A stretch of DNA of 64,000 bases. Origin: Nemertoderma westbladi. Taxonomy: Eukaryota > Animalia > Xenacoelomorpha. This document shows, piece by piece, positions 51,351 to 63,846 of the stretch. The notes beneath the pieces were generated by a model. The model was not told where the DNA came from and ran no database searches. It worked only from the letters and a program-made list of their open reading frames with translations. Position 1 is the first letter of the stretch. Each line of letters starts with the position of its first letter. Location: contig JAUCBJ010001616.1 in the NCBI GenBank assembly GCA_032718475.1, positions 98,909 through 162,908 of the forward strand. Reading direction: 5' to 3'. The position numbers and the translations under genes were made by a program.

Positions 51351-52754
51351 CTATAGGGAACCTATAGGATTAAACCTATCAATAACAGTATTACCGCGTG
51401 TCACTACCCGGCGCTTATAATCGTAGCGCACAGTGACCCCCGCATTCTCAGGACGTTTCCTTTCTTCCCATGCGAGGTGACGTAGACGTCCTTCCTCACG
51501 TCGCACTGAAGGGTGAACATCTGGCTTGATATACACCTTACCGAACCGATCATCGCCCTTTAGGTTCTTTGCTGCAGCCAAGATCTTGCTACGGTGGCCA
51601 GGGCTATGTATGGTTATTAGCAGAGGCCTGATTCTATTGGGAGAACCACTGCCGAGACTTGGCCTCCCGTCAGCAACACGCCCCTGACCCAGTTCTCTTC
51701 CCAGTCGTTTTATTTCCCATCCGGGCAACGCGCTTATTAGGTCCTCGCATTTTAAAACCTTTAGTAAATCTCCCACCTCTTGTAGGTCGTCACTTCCGTC
51801 ACGTTCAACCAACCCGGTTATCACGATATTGCTCGCTCGTTCCTTGGAATCAATCCGCTCGATATATTCCTGTTGTCTTCCGATAATCGCGAATGCGTCG
51901 TCCAGTTTCCCGGATAGTTTCGCGACATGTTCTTTCTCTGTCCTAAGGTCCTCCCGTAGTTCCCGAATCTCCTTAAGAATCGTATTGAGCACTGCGGAGT
52001 TCGGCGGCTGTGACGCATCTGGTATGTTTGTCACCGCCCGGCTCGACTCCAACTGCATGAACTGGTCGGACTCTCGGTATAATGCCAGAACTGCCTTTAA
52101 CTGGGCATTTTGAAGACTATTAACCTGCGAGGACGAGAGTTGTCGCACATCCTCAAGGGATTTGAGATCACAGTGTACCGGTAGTCTTTTATTCTTTGGT
52201 TCCCCCGGGCTTGACACTGGAGCAGGATCGCCTCCGCTTTGCAGGACATTGCTTTCGCCGTGAGGACCGGCCGGTGCATGGTCTTGTGCTTTGGCGGCCT
52301 CGTGGAGTGAATAAGCGTGGTGGACAGCCCATGGCTTTCTTGGGACGCGTCTTAGGGGACACTGGCCTTGGGGATGCGGGTGGTCTGGCAGGTGTCATGG
52401 GTGATAGGGAGTTGTGGCGGTGCAATTTTGTTGATAAGCCGGCACAGCATTCTTAAAAATGCAGCTGCAATGCAGCATGCCGATGCTAGTAGTAGTATTC
52501 TTTGCACCAATAGTAGGTGCACTTGGTAACGCCTTTCCTTTATTGGAAGTTTCTTTACTCCGTCTACCGCTACCGGCAGCCTTACCTCCTGCACCGGCTA
52601 CTTGCCAAGAGTTTGGACTATCTTGGGATTCGGGTTGTGACTGTGTGTTATCATAACATTCCAATAAATGCATCTGGAGCTCATCCACATCAGTGAAGGT
52701 TTCCCCGCACTTATCACATGATACAGATATAGCCTGACTACCTGGACTGGCCAT
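51351..52754 (-). pseudogene. LINE ORF1 (N-terminal zinc finger, coiled coil, RRM-like C-terminus) interrupted by an RTE fragment
   Basis: CDKCGETFTDVDELQMHLLEC and ERASNIVITGL...RPLLIT...KVYIKPD. Removing 52199-52504 restores one frame (IGAKN-KRLPVH), 366 codons including the stop. Confidence 0.85.
52199..52495 (+). mobile_element. Short RTE 3' fragment with 9-bp TSD
   Basis: RLRFAGHCFR...GDRELWR, (TAG)n tail; TSD TATTCTTTG at 52190-52198 and 52496-52504. Confidence 0.9.
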
Positions 52755-53011
52755 ACTACAGTACTGCAGTAGGCTGTCATAGGTCAGTACAGCAGTAGGC
52801 TACACTACTGCGCTATACATTATCGCGGGTAGTTGTTTATATTAACAGTATACGGTATCGCGGGTAGTTGTTTATATTAACAGTATACAGTATCGCGGGT
52901 ACAGTAGTTGTTTATATTAACAGTAATACAGTATCAGTGAGATATTGTATTTCAGCTTCATACTTCGGCTCAGAAATATTGCAAAAAACATATTTTTATA
53001 ATTTTAACCAT

Positions 53012-53240
53012 CCTATTGTCCGGCCTATTGTCCCGCCTATTGTCCCGCCTATTGTCCCGCCTATTGTTCCGCCTATTGTCCCGCATATTGCCCCGCATAT
53101 TGTCCTGCCTATTAATTGCCCCGCCTATTGTCCCGCCTATTGTCCCGCCTATTATCCCGCCTATTGTCCCACCTATTGTCTGGCCTAATGTCCCGCCTAT
53201 TGTCCCGCCTATTGTCCCACCTATTGTCCCGCCTATTGTC
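53012..53240. repeat. 12-bp minisatellite
   Basis: (cctattgtcccg)n. Confidence 0.93.
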
Positions 53241-53700
53241 CGTTTATCCTTGCTATAATGCGTAATTTTGGATTAACTATAAGAAAGTTTGAGATGTCAG
53301 TTATATTCGATGAATAATTCAGGGTTGGAGCAAGTTAAATATTATTAATCAAATGTCAAATATAATTACATATATATTTCGGTAGCTCAGCGCTATCTTT
53401 ATCAATAAAGTACAAATTCTAATATAAATTGCAGAATTGACTAACGTAACGTACGACTTGATATCTGTTGAAAATTGCACTAAAAACAGAATAAATGTTG
53501 TAACCAAAAAACAGAAGACATAGGCAGGGAAACGTATAGGGACCGTAGGTGCATACTGGAGAGCCTAACGAATTATATTTATAATTATATTTGTAATTTG
53601 ATTAATAATATTTAACTTGCTCCAACCCAGAATTTTTCATCGTAATATTGGATGTCAACTCAGTGGAAAGACAACTTAACAATAATTATACTTTATACAG

Positions 53701-56700
53701 GAGATAATCGCGGCACAATTAGAATAATTGATATGTTCAGTAAAGATCAAACTGAAAGAAAGAAAAGTATCGAACAGGTGGAAAGTATATTGGAGGAAAC
53801 TGAAGAATTAAAGGAAATTGTTGAGTATATTGGATGGGTTGGTCCCATAAATAAACCACTCCAGGGTAAGATAACTGATATAATTATATCTACTGTTGAT
53901 GTTCTTTCAGATAAAGAGAAAGAACTTTACTTTAGACTGGATGCAGATATTTCTGAGTTAACAACCCAGAATCTGGTTAGTATTTGGGGTTTAAATGAAA
54001 TTTCAACAATAGAAATTGTTAATAAATTCAGAGACATGGGACTTATGATTATGAATATAAGTGGATCAAATACACTAAAAATTCCAAATTTTTTAATTAA
54101 TTATATTAAAGAACAAAAACTGCCGATAGAGATACTGGCGAGAGGCCCAGAAGCATTGGCTGCTTATAAAGCAGCTCTTTCTAAAGGGACTACATGGATA
54201 TTGAAAACCCGGTTAATGTTAGTGGGACAAGAGAGGGCTGGTAAAACAAGTTTGAAGAAGGCCCTTATTGGTCAACCGTTTGATATTAATGAACCAATAA
54301 CAGATGGTATTGATTCAGTGGCTAATTGTGTTATAGATACTGATAAACACACAGACTGGACTAATTTAAAGAATGTTGATATTTTAGAGGCTGATCCAGA
54401 CAATGCTGTTGCAAAGAAAGTTGCAAAAAGTGTTCTAGAATTCAAAGTTCAAGAAGATGCATATAGAAGAATATACACTGATGACATCCAGTCAACTTTA
54501 TCAGTAATATCTGGTGAAAATAGCGATAGAGACATGAATAAAAGCACCAGTTCTTATGATAAGCCTGTTAAAATAGAAAGCAGCAAGGAAATTATAGAAG
54601 ATATTCCAGTAGATAGCGAAAGAGGAAATATATCTGAAAGCGGAAAAGTCGTAACACCATATGAATCAAAATTTGAGGGCAATAAATATGATATCCCTTC
54701 AGAAGTTACAAAAGGTATAGAGGATATATTGTTATCTGGTAAACCTCAAGATATTCTGGCTAAATTTAATGAGGAAGACAGTCGCTTTTCTCTACAGATA
54801 GTCGATTTTGGTGGCCAATGTATTTATTACACAACCCATCAGATGTTTCTAAGTAGACGGGCTATTTATATAGTTGTTTTTGATCTTACCCAAGATGCTG
54901 ATAAAACAGCCAACATTATATTCAGAGCCGATGAAGAGAATTTAAATAAGATATATAGCGAGATGACTAATATAGAATTTATTGATTTTTGGTTGCGCAA
55001 TATATTTACATTTGGTAAAAATAATTCAGAAAGTGGCGCAAACATTTCTGGTCCTCCAGTATTCTTAGTTGGAACAAAGAAAGCCAGTTTGCATGAAGAT
55101 CCAGAAACTCAGAACATTTTAGCTCGTAAAAAGTTTAAAGAAATTTTCCGACTATTAAAGTCCACATTGCATTGCAATATTTTAGTTAAAGAAGCATTTG
55201 CTGTGGAAAATAGCAAAGAGGCAAGATCGGATTCAGATGAAGAACTTCAAAACTTACAGCTAGAAATTGTTAAAGAAATGGACAAATTTAGGGAAGAAAT
55301 TCCTTTGGATTATTTAAAATTTGAAAAACTTGTAACTCAATTACTTAAAAATGATGCCGTATATATTGATATTATAGATTTAGAATGTAAGTTAAAGGAA
55401 ATAAAAGTAGAATTTGAATACCCCGGTTTAAAGACAATGTTAGAATTTTACCATGATAGAGGTAGAATTATCTATTTTGATGAAGAATCGTTGCGTGATA
55501 CAATTATATTGAAACCAGAGTGGTTAAGTTCAATGTTTGCCAGTATTATTACAGTCAAAGAACATATAAATTGGAAAAATTTGAAATATTTTGAGGATTT
55601 GGATGACAAGGGTATATTGCACTGGGATCTACTGGACGATATCTGGGGTAATATGGGACTCAAAAAAACTTTTATGTTAAAAATCCTAGAGCGTTTTGAT
55701 TTAATATGTGAAAGAATAGGAGAAACTGTGCCAGGTAATGGAGACGAATCAGAACCATTGTTAAAAAAGTCAAAAATGAATAAATCATATTATGTACCTT
55801 GTAGACTTAAGAATGCCAATCAGCCTATTTACCCTATTAAAGCAAATGATATTGAATTTTTTATTGCATTTATTGGTTTTTTACCTGAGGGTCTATTTTA
55901 TCGACTAGTAAAACGCCTTATAGAATGGTCGTATCTCATTGGAGATATTAAATCTGAACCAACTCTTTACTACCGGTCTGTAGTTATATACTGTGATGTT
56001 GATCACGATATAATTCTATATGTGTCTCCAAGGCATTTTTCTAGAATAAAAGTTCAAATTGTAAGAAAAGTTCTTATGAAACCTAAAGATAATATTGATA
56101 GCAACGAAAATTTTATAAGTCCTCCAGATTCTGATTTTGCAAACAGAGTAAAAGATTACATTGTTGACAGCTTGGGAGAACTTATATTAGCTGGAAAAAT
56201 GAACAATATTGTTGATTTTCAATTGAAAGTAACATGTCCTTGTTCATATAAATGTGAAAGGCATGGCCTATATAAATGCCACAATGAATCCTGTATCCAC
56301 TTTATTCTACTATCAGATTGTTTGAGTAAACCAATAATTATGTGTGAGAATAATGCAAGTATAGAAACTCATGAATATAAAACTTGGTTTTTAGTTAAAT
56401 CGAAGGATCAGGAATATTTAAAAGTTGAAACAAAAAAATTGGAAGAAAAACTTGAACCAACTGAGTTATTACTATATATCGAAAAAAGTTTTATACTAAA
56501 CAATGATCAGATTCAGTTTATAGAAACAAGAGAAACTAAAATACTAAAGAGCCGAGCCATTATAGAATCTCTGAAAGGGAAATCAGAGTTCATTATGAAA
56601 GTATTTATGGATAGTTTAACACAAACAAACCAACAACATTTAGTAGATATGATAAAAGGAAACGTTGATGTAGAATTTGAAAATATTCTTATGAGGAATA

Positions 56701-56951
56701 AAGTTGAACTGGTTTATAACATGGAGCTGAGTGAATTGTTACCGCTATTGAGAAGTAGAAATATTCTTACTGAAAATCTTATTGAGCAGATCAAATATCA
56801 GCCGACTGGTTTACAAAGGAACAGCGAACTAATAGAAGCCATTAAAAGGAGACCTTATGATGACTTTATTGCATTCTGTGAATTATTGAATAAAACTAAC
56901 CAGAGCCACTTAGTTAAATTACTAACTAGAAAAAAATATAAAGACAGTTAG
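53701..56951 (+). CDS. Terminal exon of ROCO gene: end of WD40, winged-helix-like segment, Roc GTPase, COR, two CARD-like death folds
   Basis: Acceptor ctttatacag at 53700. P-loop GQERAGKTS, G2 TDGID, G3 DFGGQ, G4 VGTK; COR motifs (FYHDRGRII, ILKPEWL, LERFDLIC, YYVPC, FLPEGLFYRL); CARD-like ...AFCELLNKTNQSHLVKLL. Confidence 0.9.
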
Positions 56952-57249
56952 GAAATAGTATAGTGGACTGTAAATATAATATATTATAAGGTTATTAAAT
57001 TGATTTTATATTACAAATTATTTTCTAATCAGATCAGTCCATCTCATCGTCATTGTCATTGTAACTTTATTTTATTTTGTACAAACTTCATTGTAACTTT
57101 ATTTTTAAATTAAAATTATTAAATTATTGGTCTAATAGGTATAACACCGTGAATCATTTCCGAATTCAACTACCGAAATCTACTAAATATAGTCGAATAT
57201 ATTCCAGCAAAACCTCATAAGCTGATAATTATATAGGATATGTGAACGA

Positions 57250-58685
57250 TGTGGGAATCAGCCAAAATCTGAACCACGATATGAGAACCAACCATACTCT
57301 GAACCACGATATGTGAACCAACCAAACTCTGAACCACGATATGAGAACCAACCAAATTCTGACCCACGATATGAGAACCAACCAAACTCTGAACCACGAT
57401 ATGTGAACCAACCAAACTCGAATCCACGATATGTGAACCAACCAAACTCTGAACCACGATATGTGAACCATCCAAACTATGAACCATGATATGTGAACCA
57501 ACCAAACTCTGAACCACAATTTGTGAACCAACCAAAATCTGAACCACAATATGTGAACCAAGCAAACTCTGAACCACGATATGTGAACCAACCAAACTCT
57601 GAACAACGATATGAGAACCAACCAAACTCTGAACAACGATATGTGAACCAACCATACTCTGACCCACGATATGAGAACCAACCAAACTCTGAACCACGAT
57701 ATGAGAACCAACCAAACTCTGAACCAAGATATGTGAACCAACCAAACTCGAATCCACGATATGTGAACTAACCAAACTCGAATCCACGATGTGAGAACCA
57801 ACCAAACTCCTAACCACGATATGAGAACCAACCAAACTCTGAACCAAGATATGTGAACCAACCAAACTCGAATCCACGATATGTGAACTAACCAAACTCG
57901 AATCCACGATGTGAGAACCAACCAAACTCTGAACCAAGATATGTGAACCAACCAAACTCGAATCCACGATATGTGAACTAACCAAACTCGAATCCACGAT
58001 GTGAGAACCAACCAAACTCTGAACCACGATATGTGAACCAACCAAACTCGAATCCACGATATGAGAAACAACCAAACTCTGAACCACAATTTGTGAACCT
58101 ACCAAACTCTGAACCACGATATGTGAACCAACCAAACTCTGACCCACGATATGTGAACCAACCAAACTCTGAACCACAATTTGTGAACCAACCAAACTCT
58201 GAACCACGATATGTAAACCAACCAAACTCTGAACCACGATATGAGAACCAACCAAACTCTGACCCACGATATGTGAACCAACCAAACTCTGAACCACGAT
58301 ATGTGAACCAACCAAACTCTGACCCACGATATGATAACCAACCAAACTCGAATCCACGATATGTGAACCAACCAAACTCTGAACCACGATATGTGAACCA
58401 ACCAAACTCGAATCCACGATGTGAGAACCAACCAAACTCTGAACCACGATATGTGAACCAACCAAACTCTGAACCACGATATGAGAACCAACCAAACTCT
58501 GACCCACGATATGAGAACCAACCAAACTCTGAACCACGATATGAGAACCAACCAAACTCTAAACCACGATATGTGAACCAACCAAACTCTGAACCACGAT
58601 ATGTGAACCAACCAAACTCTGAACCACGATATGTGAACCGACCAAACTCTGAACCACGATATGTGAACCGACCAAACTCAGAACA
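57250..58685. repeat. 30-bp minisatellite
   Basis: (gaaccacgatatgtgaaccaaccaaactct)n. Confidence 0.97.
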
Positions 58686-58872
58686 CGGGTGTGGGACTTC
58701 CTATTTTCGGTGAGTGGTAAATAAACAAAATGTGATATTTTACAAATTCCAACAAATACTCTATATTATTTGATTGACTATTAATTGCTTCTTAATTAAG
58801 TATTGCTAATACGATTTATATATCTTACGACGGGACCCCCGAGTTGGCGAGGGAATCCCGACTGGTGTGTTG

Positions 58873-60588
58873 ACTCGGCGTTCACGGAGGGTCGTTGATA
58901 CAGATGGTATAGTACCATAGAACTCGGCGTTCACGGAGGGAGGTTGATACAGGTGATGGTATAGTACCATAGAGCTCGGCGTTCATGGAGGGTGGTTGAC
59001 ACAGGTGATATAGTACCATAGAGCTCGGCGTTAACGGAGGGTGGTTGATACAGATGGTATAGTACCATAGAGCTCGGCGTTCACGGAGGGTGGTTGATAC
59101 AGATGGTATAGTACCATAGAGCTCGGCGTTCACGTAGCGTGGTTGATACAGATGGTATAGTACCATAGAACTCGGCGTTCACGGAGGGTGGTTGATACAG
59201 GTGGTATAGTACCATAGAGCTCGGCGTTCACGGAGGGTGGTTGATACAGGTGGTATAGTACCATAGAGCTCGGCGTTCACGGAGGGTGGTTGATACAGGT
59301 GGTATAGTACCATAGAGCTCGGCGTTCACGGAGGGTGGTTGATACAGGTGGTATAGTACCATAGAGCTCGGCGTTCACGGAGGGTGGTTGATACATATGG
59401 TATAGTACCATAGAGCTCGGCGTTCACGGAGGGTGGTTGATACATATGGTATAGTACCATAGAGCTCGGCGTTCACGGAGGGTGGTTGATACAGGTGGTA
59501 TAGTACCATAGAGCTCGGCGTTCACGGAGGGTGGTTGATACAGGTGGTATAGTACCATAGAGCTCGGCGTTCACGGAGGGTGGTTGGTACAGGTGGTATA
59601 GTACCATAGAGCTCGGCGTTCACGGAGGGTGGTTGATACAGGTGGTATAGTACCATAGAGCTCGGCGTTCACGGAGGGTGGTTGATACAGGTGGTATAGT
59701 ACCATAGAGCTCGGCGTTCACGGAGGGTGGTTGATACAGGTGGTATAGTACCATAGAGCTCGGCGTTCACGGAGGGTGGTTGATACAGATGGTATAGTAC
59801 CATAGAGCTCGGCGTTCATGGAGGGTGGTTGATACAGGTGGTATAGTACCATAGAGCTCGGCGTTCACGGAGGGTGGTTGATACAGGTGGTATAGTACCA
59901 TAGAGCTCGGCGTTCACGGAGGGTGGTTGATACAGGTGGTATAGTACCATAGAGCTCGGCGTTCACGGAGGGTGGTTGATACAGGTGGTATAGTACCATA
60001 GAGCTCGGTGTTCACGGAGGGTGGTTGATACAGATGGTATAGTACCATAGAGCTCGGCGTTCATGGAGGGTGGTTGATACAGGTGGTATAGTACCATAGA
60101 GCTCGGCGTTCACGGAGGGTGGTTGATACAGGTGGTATAGTACCATAGAGCTCGGCGTTCACGGAGGGTGGTTGATACAGGTGGTATAGTACCATAGAGC
60201 TCGGTGTTCACGGAGGGTGGTTGATACAGATGGTATAGTACCATAGAGCTCGGCGTTCACGGAGGGTGGTTGATACAGGTGGTATAGTACCATAGAGCTC
60301 GGCGTTCACAGAGGTTGGTTGATACAGGTGGTATAGTACCATAGAGCTCGGCGTTCACGGAGGGTGGTTGATACAGGTGGTATAGTACAGTACCATAGAG
60401 CTCGGCGTTCACGGAGGGTGGTTGATACAGATGGTATAGTACCATAGAGCTCGGCGTTCACGGAGGGTGGTTGATACAGGTGGTATAGTACCATAGAGCT
60501 CGGCGTTCACGGAGGGTGGTTGATACAGATGGTATAGTACCATAGAGCTCGGCGTTTGTTAGTTTGTTTTCTCCAGCTGATGTTTAGC
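58873..60588 (-). repeat. 49-bp minisatellite derived from RTE ORF sequence
   Basis: The unit reverse complement aacgccgagctctatggtactataccacctgtatcaaccaccctccgtg matches 37926-37975; flank 60556-60588 continues the RTE match. Confidence 0.93.
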
Positions 60589-62803
60589 TAATGATTTAAT
60601 TTTCCGTTAAACTGCCATTTAGACATTTATTATTTCTAATTTATTTATAGATTAAGTCTGCCGCAAAAAGAAACACAATTTAGTAAATTTAATGAAGAAA
60701 CCCAGTTGGTCGCCACTAACTAAATAAATACTAAAGTAAGTATAGCAGTTGGGCATAACATATACAATGACTTAGTTACTTGTCCTACCTCTATAATGGT
60801 ACCGGTATTGGTTTTTGCTATTAAATAACAACAACAGACTAAGTGTTTATTAATTTGTTGCACAGAGTTTGTTAAGCTAAGCTGTTAGATGAGCTAATTA
60901 AAGTTATGAAATCATAATATTTCATTTTTGTTATATTTCAGACAATTATCTAGAAGGTTTCCAAATCTACAACTCAATGAAATTAGCTCAAAATCTCCGA
61001 AAGATCCAGTAAGACAAGCTTCGATATGTCGTCGGTGAGTTACATTGAGTTGAAAAACCAACCCCAGAACCATTATTCACAAATAATGTCTCTGTTTAGA
61101 ACTTAGTGAAATACTTAAGATAAAAATTACGATTATTTTACATTTTGGTGAGTGAAAAATTAAATAAACGAATTCGTTAAAAATTAATTATTAGATAAGC
61201 TAATCAATTTTTATACGAAATCATTTCCGTTTTGCTATTTTCCAGACAAGTATCAACTCTTGACTTCTAAATCAACAACTTCAGTTCAACTCGGACAGAT
61301 TATTATTTAACATTGAGATTTCGGCAACATATCTTATATTCCAACTAGACCAACAATCCGAATTATTTAAGGAGTTGAATCTTCGATATATTAAGGTGAG
61401 ATACATTGAGTCCCAAAGGCCTCTAGAAATAATTTTGGTTTTCAGTCAGGAAGAAATTTCTCCTTTTAGAATGTTAGAAATGCTCCTTAAAATTATTACT
61501 GTACTATTTAGTTGCATTGAAATAGTTTCAATGTTGAAATCGTTTTAAATTTCCCGCCTTATATCACTAGGGCCTATCATACTGATAGTTTTAAATTTCC
61601 CGCCCTTTTCTACTTGGTCAATGAATTCATGTTGTCTGTTGGTGGGGGGTATTATTTGGTGCATATTCGAAATAAATTAAATATTATATAAAGAAATGTA
61701 ACATAAAAAAAAGTTTCAATAATATGCAAATTTTATGGACCTATTTCATTTCTATATTTACAGAATAATCGCAAACCAAACAAGATGCCATTTGGATTAT
61801 AAGAAAACAGAAGCAGATTATTATATATATAATATTGGAATATCAGAGAAGAGAAACTTAATTATAACAAATCAACAAATTAACAAATAACATCCCAATA
61901 AAGTAATCCAACCCTACAGACAGACAGTAGTTCCGATGTTCTAAACTCAAACTATACTAAGTATTCAAAAAAAGATCAGATCAATTGATTGAATAACACC
62001 AGTTCAAAACCGTATCTTACAGAATATTATATTCAGTTACCGAAAATATTTAATAGTATTGATGTTGAGGGCCAGTATTATAAATAGGTTTATGAATAAT
62101 TTATATTATGGGAATTTTATAACTTTATTTATATTATAAATAATAACAAAGATTTAATTATTTTGCTTAGGGAGAGCTCGCAATTTTCGCTAAAATTAGA
62201 TCTAAAATAATTAATTTATATCAGATATAAATACATAAATGATAATTTTATTCCCATATTATCTGTATTGAGTATTCGAGTAATACCTGTGTATCTCCTA
62301 CGTCTCTTTGGTAGATACAAACCTGGTCCATCCACTAATATAAAGTTTTAATTATTACTCAGAGGTTCCCATTGGTTATATTATTTAACCAATAAAACAT
62401 TGGTTTACATTGAGTGTAACGGAGTTGGTTCCCATTCAGAACTACTATAATGTTATATGTTTATCTAATCTATTCTAATTATCTCGGTCCCACTGTGGCT
62501 GGTTGTGGTTTCCCTAAAGTTACCCGACAACCCTATGTCATTGTACGTCCGTCCGTGTTACTAAACTATCAACTCTGTTTGGACAATCGCACTCCATTCT
62601 GCATCCAAAATCTCCAGTTCAGCTATTTATATCCTTATAAAGGATATATTTAGCATTAATTACAGCGACCAGTGGATTGGTTACAGACTTGTTCAGTAAA
62701 CCCAGGGGGGTCTGTATTGGATACACAGGGTTCCTTCTCTATATACTTACATTCCTATATGGAACACTGAAATGAAACCAAATCAGATTTTCAGCTGTTG
62801 TAA

Positions 62804-63030
62804 TTATTGAAGGATCATTATTGTGAGCTAACCCTATTCCTTTATATTAATTATTTGTATTTATTGAAGGATCATTATTGTGAGCTAACCCTATTCCTTT
62901 ATATTAATTATTTGTATTTATTGAAGGATCATTATTGTGAGCTAACCCTATTCCTTTATATTAATTATTTGTATTTATTGAAGGATCATTATTGTGAGCT
63001 ATCCCTATTCCTTTATATTAATTATTTGTA
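62804..63030. repeat. 57-bp tandem repeat, four copies
   Basis: ttattgaaggatcattattgtgagctaaccctattcctttatattaattatttgtat. Confidence 0.93.
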
Positions 63031-63249
63031 ATTATACGGTTTAATTGATGCGATTTAATTGGATTGTGTCCCAGTTATTTATATTTAGTCATAATAAAGA
63101 AATTATGTAAATATTAATAACATATTAATATATGAAAGCTATGGGGAGGGGGGGGGGGGGGGGGGGGGGTGTAAGTTAGTCTGTTTCATTGGGGAGGGGG
63201 GGGGGGTGTAAGTTAGTCTGTTTCATTGGGGAGGGAGAGGGGGGGGGGG

Positions 63250-63846
63250 ACTAGGGACCATAGACCACCCCGTAGAGTTCCTTGTTGTTAGTGAGTGAGG
63301 GGTCCATGGTCCCCATAATGGAGGCCGCATTTCCGACCAGGAGGGCAACACCAGTCTCGGCAGAAGGAAGCGGTGAGAGCGGGGCAACTGTTCGAGAGGA
63401 AGACAAATATAGAATATAACAAAATTATAGATATAAAATAATAAGAGTAATAATAATAATAAGCCTTGTGTGGGACGCGACGGTGGAGGACCCACTGGTG
63501 CCCAGCCACCTCGCCTTGTGTGGGACGCGACGGTGGAGGACCCACTGGCGCCCAGCCACCTCGCCCAGATGCTATCCGCCGGAGGCTGCACTGCAGAGAA
63601 CTCATGGGCCAGGGCTACCTCTTCCCCCAAGTAGCCTACGAGACCTTGGGCCGGGGCGGCCGGCCATGAAACATCCGAGTTCCTGAAGGAGATCAGGGCA
63701 AGACTCCACTCTGTTACCAAGGAACCCCGATCCCACCGCTTCCTCTTGCAGAGACTGGCTGTTGCCATCCTGGTTGGAAATGCGGCCTCCATTATTGGGA
63801 CTCACTAACAACGAGGGATACAACGAGGTGGTCCATGGTCCCTAGT
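63250..63846. mobile_element. Two oppositely oriented 3' fragments of a CRE-like (restriction-like endonuclease) non-LTR retrotransposon
   Basis: Plus strand 63462-63808 encodes, with frameshifts, VWDATVEDPLAPSH...VAYETLG...FLKEIRARL...EPRSHRFLLQRLAVAILVGNAASIIG. Minus strand 63285-63390 carries the same 3' end. Confidence 0.7.

Larger units (their letters stand above)
47977..52813 (-). mobile_element. Near full-length LINE (ORF1 + intact ORF2) inserted into the 35-bp satellite within the ROCO intron
   Basis: On the minus strand AATAAA is followed by a (CTAA)n tail at 47977-47995; both ORFs present; satellite on both flanks. Confidence 0.93.

Noticed and set aside
53652-53700. ATG at 53652 as the start of the ROCO protein
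   Set aside because: The acceptor at 53700 and the completed WD repeat favour splicing from the upstream WD40 exon.
57215-58713. 446-aa VGSHIVVQSL and NQPNSEPRY repeat ORFs
   Set aside because: A 30-bp minisatellite open on both strands, with no splice or promoter support.
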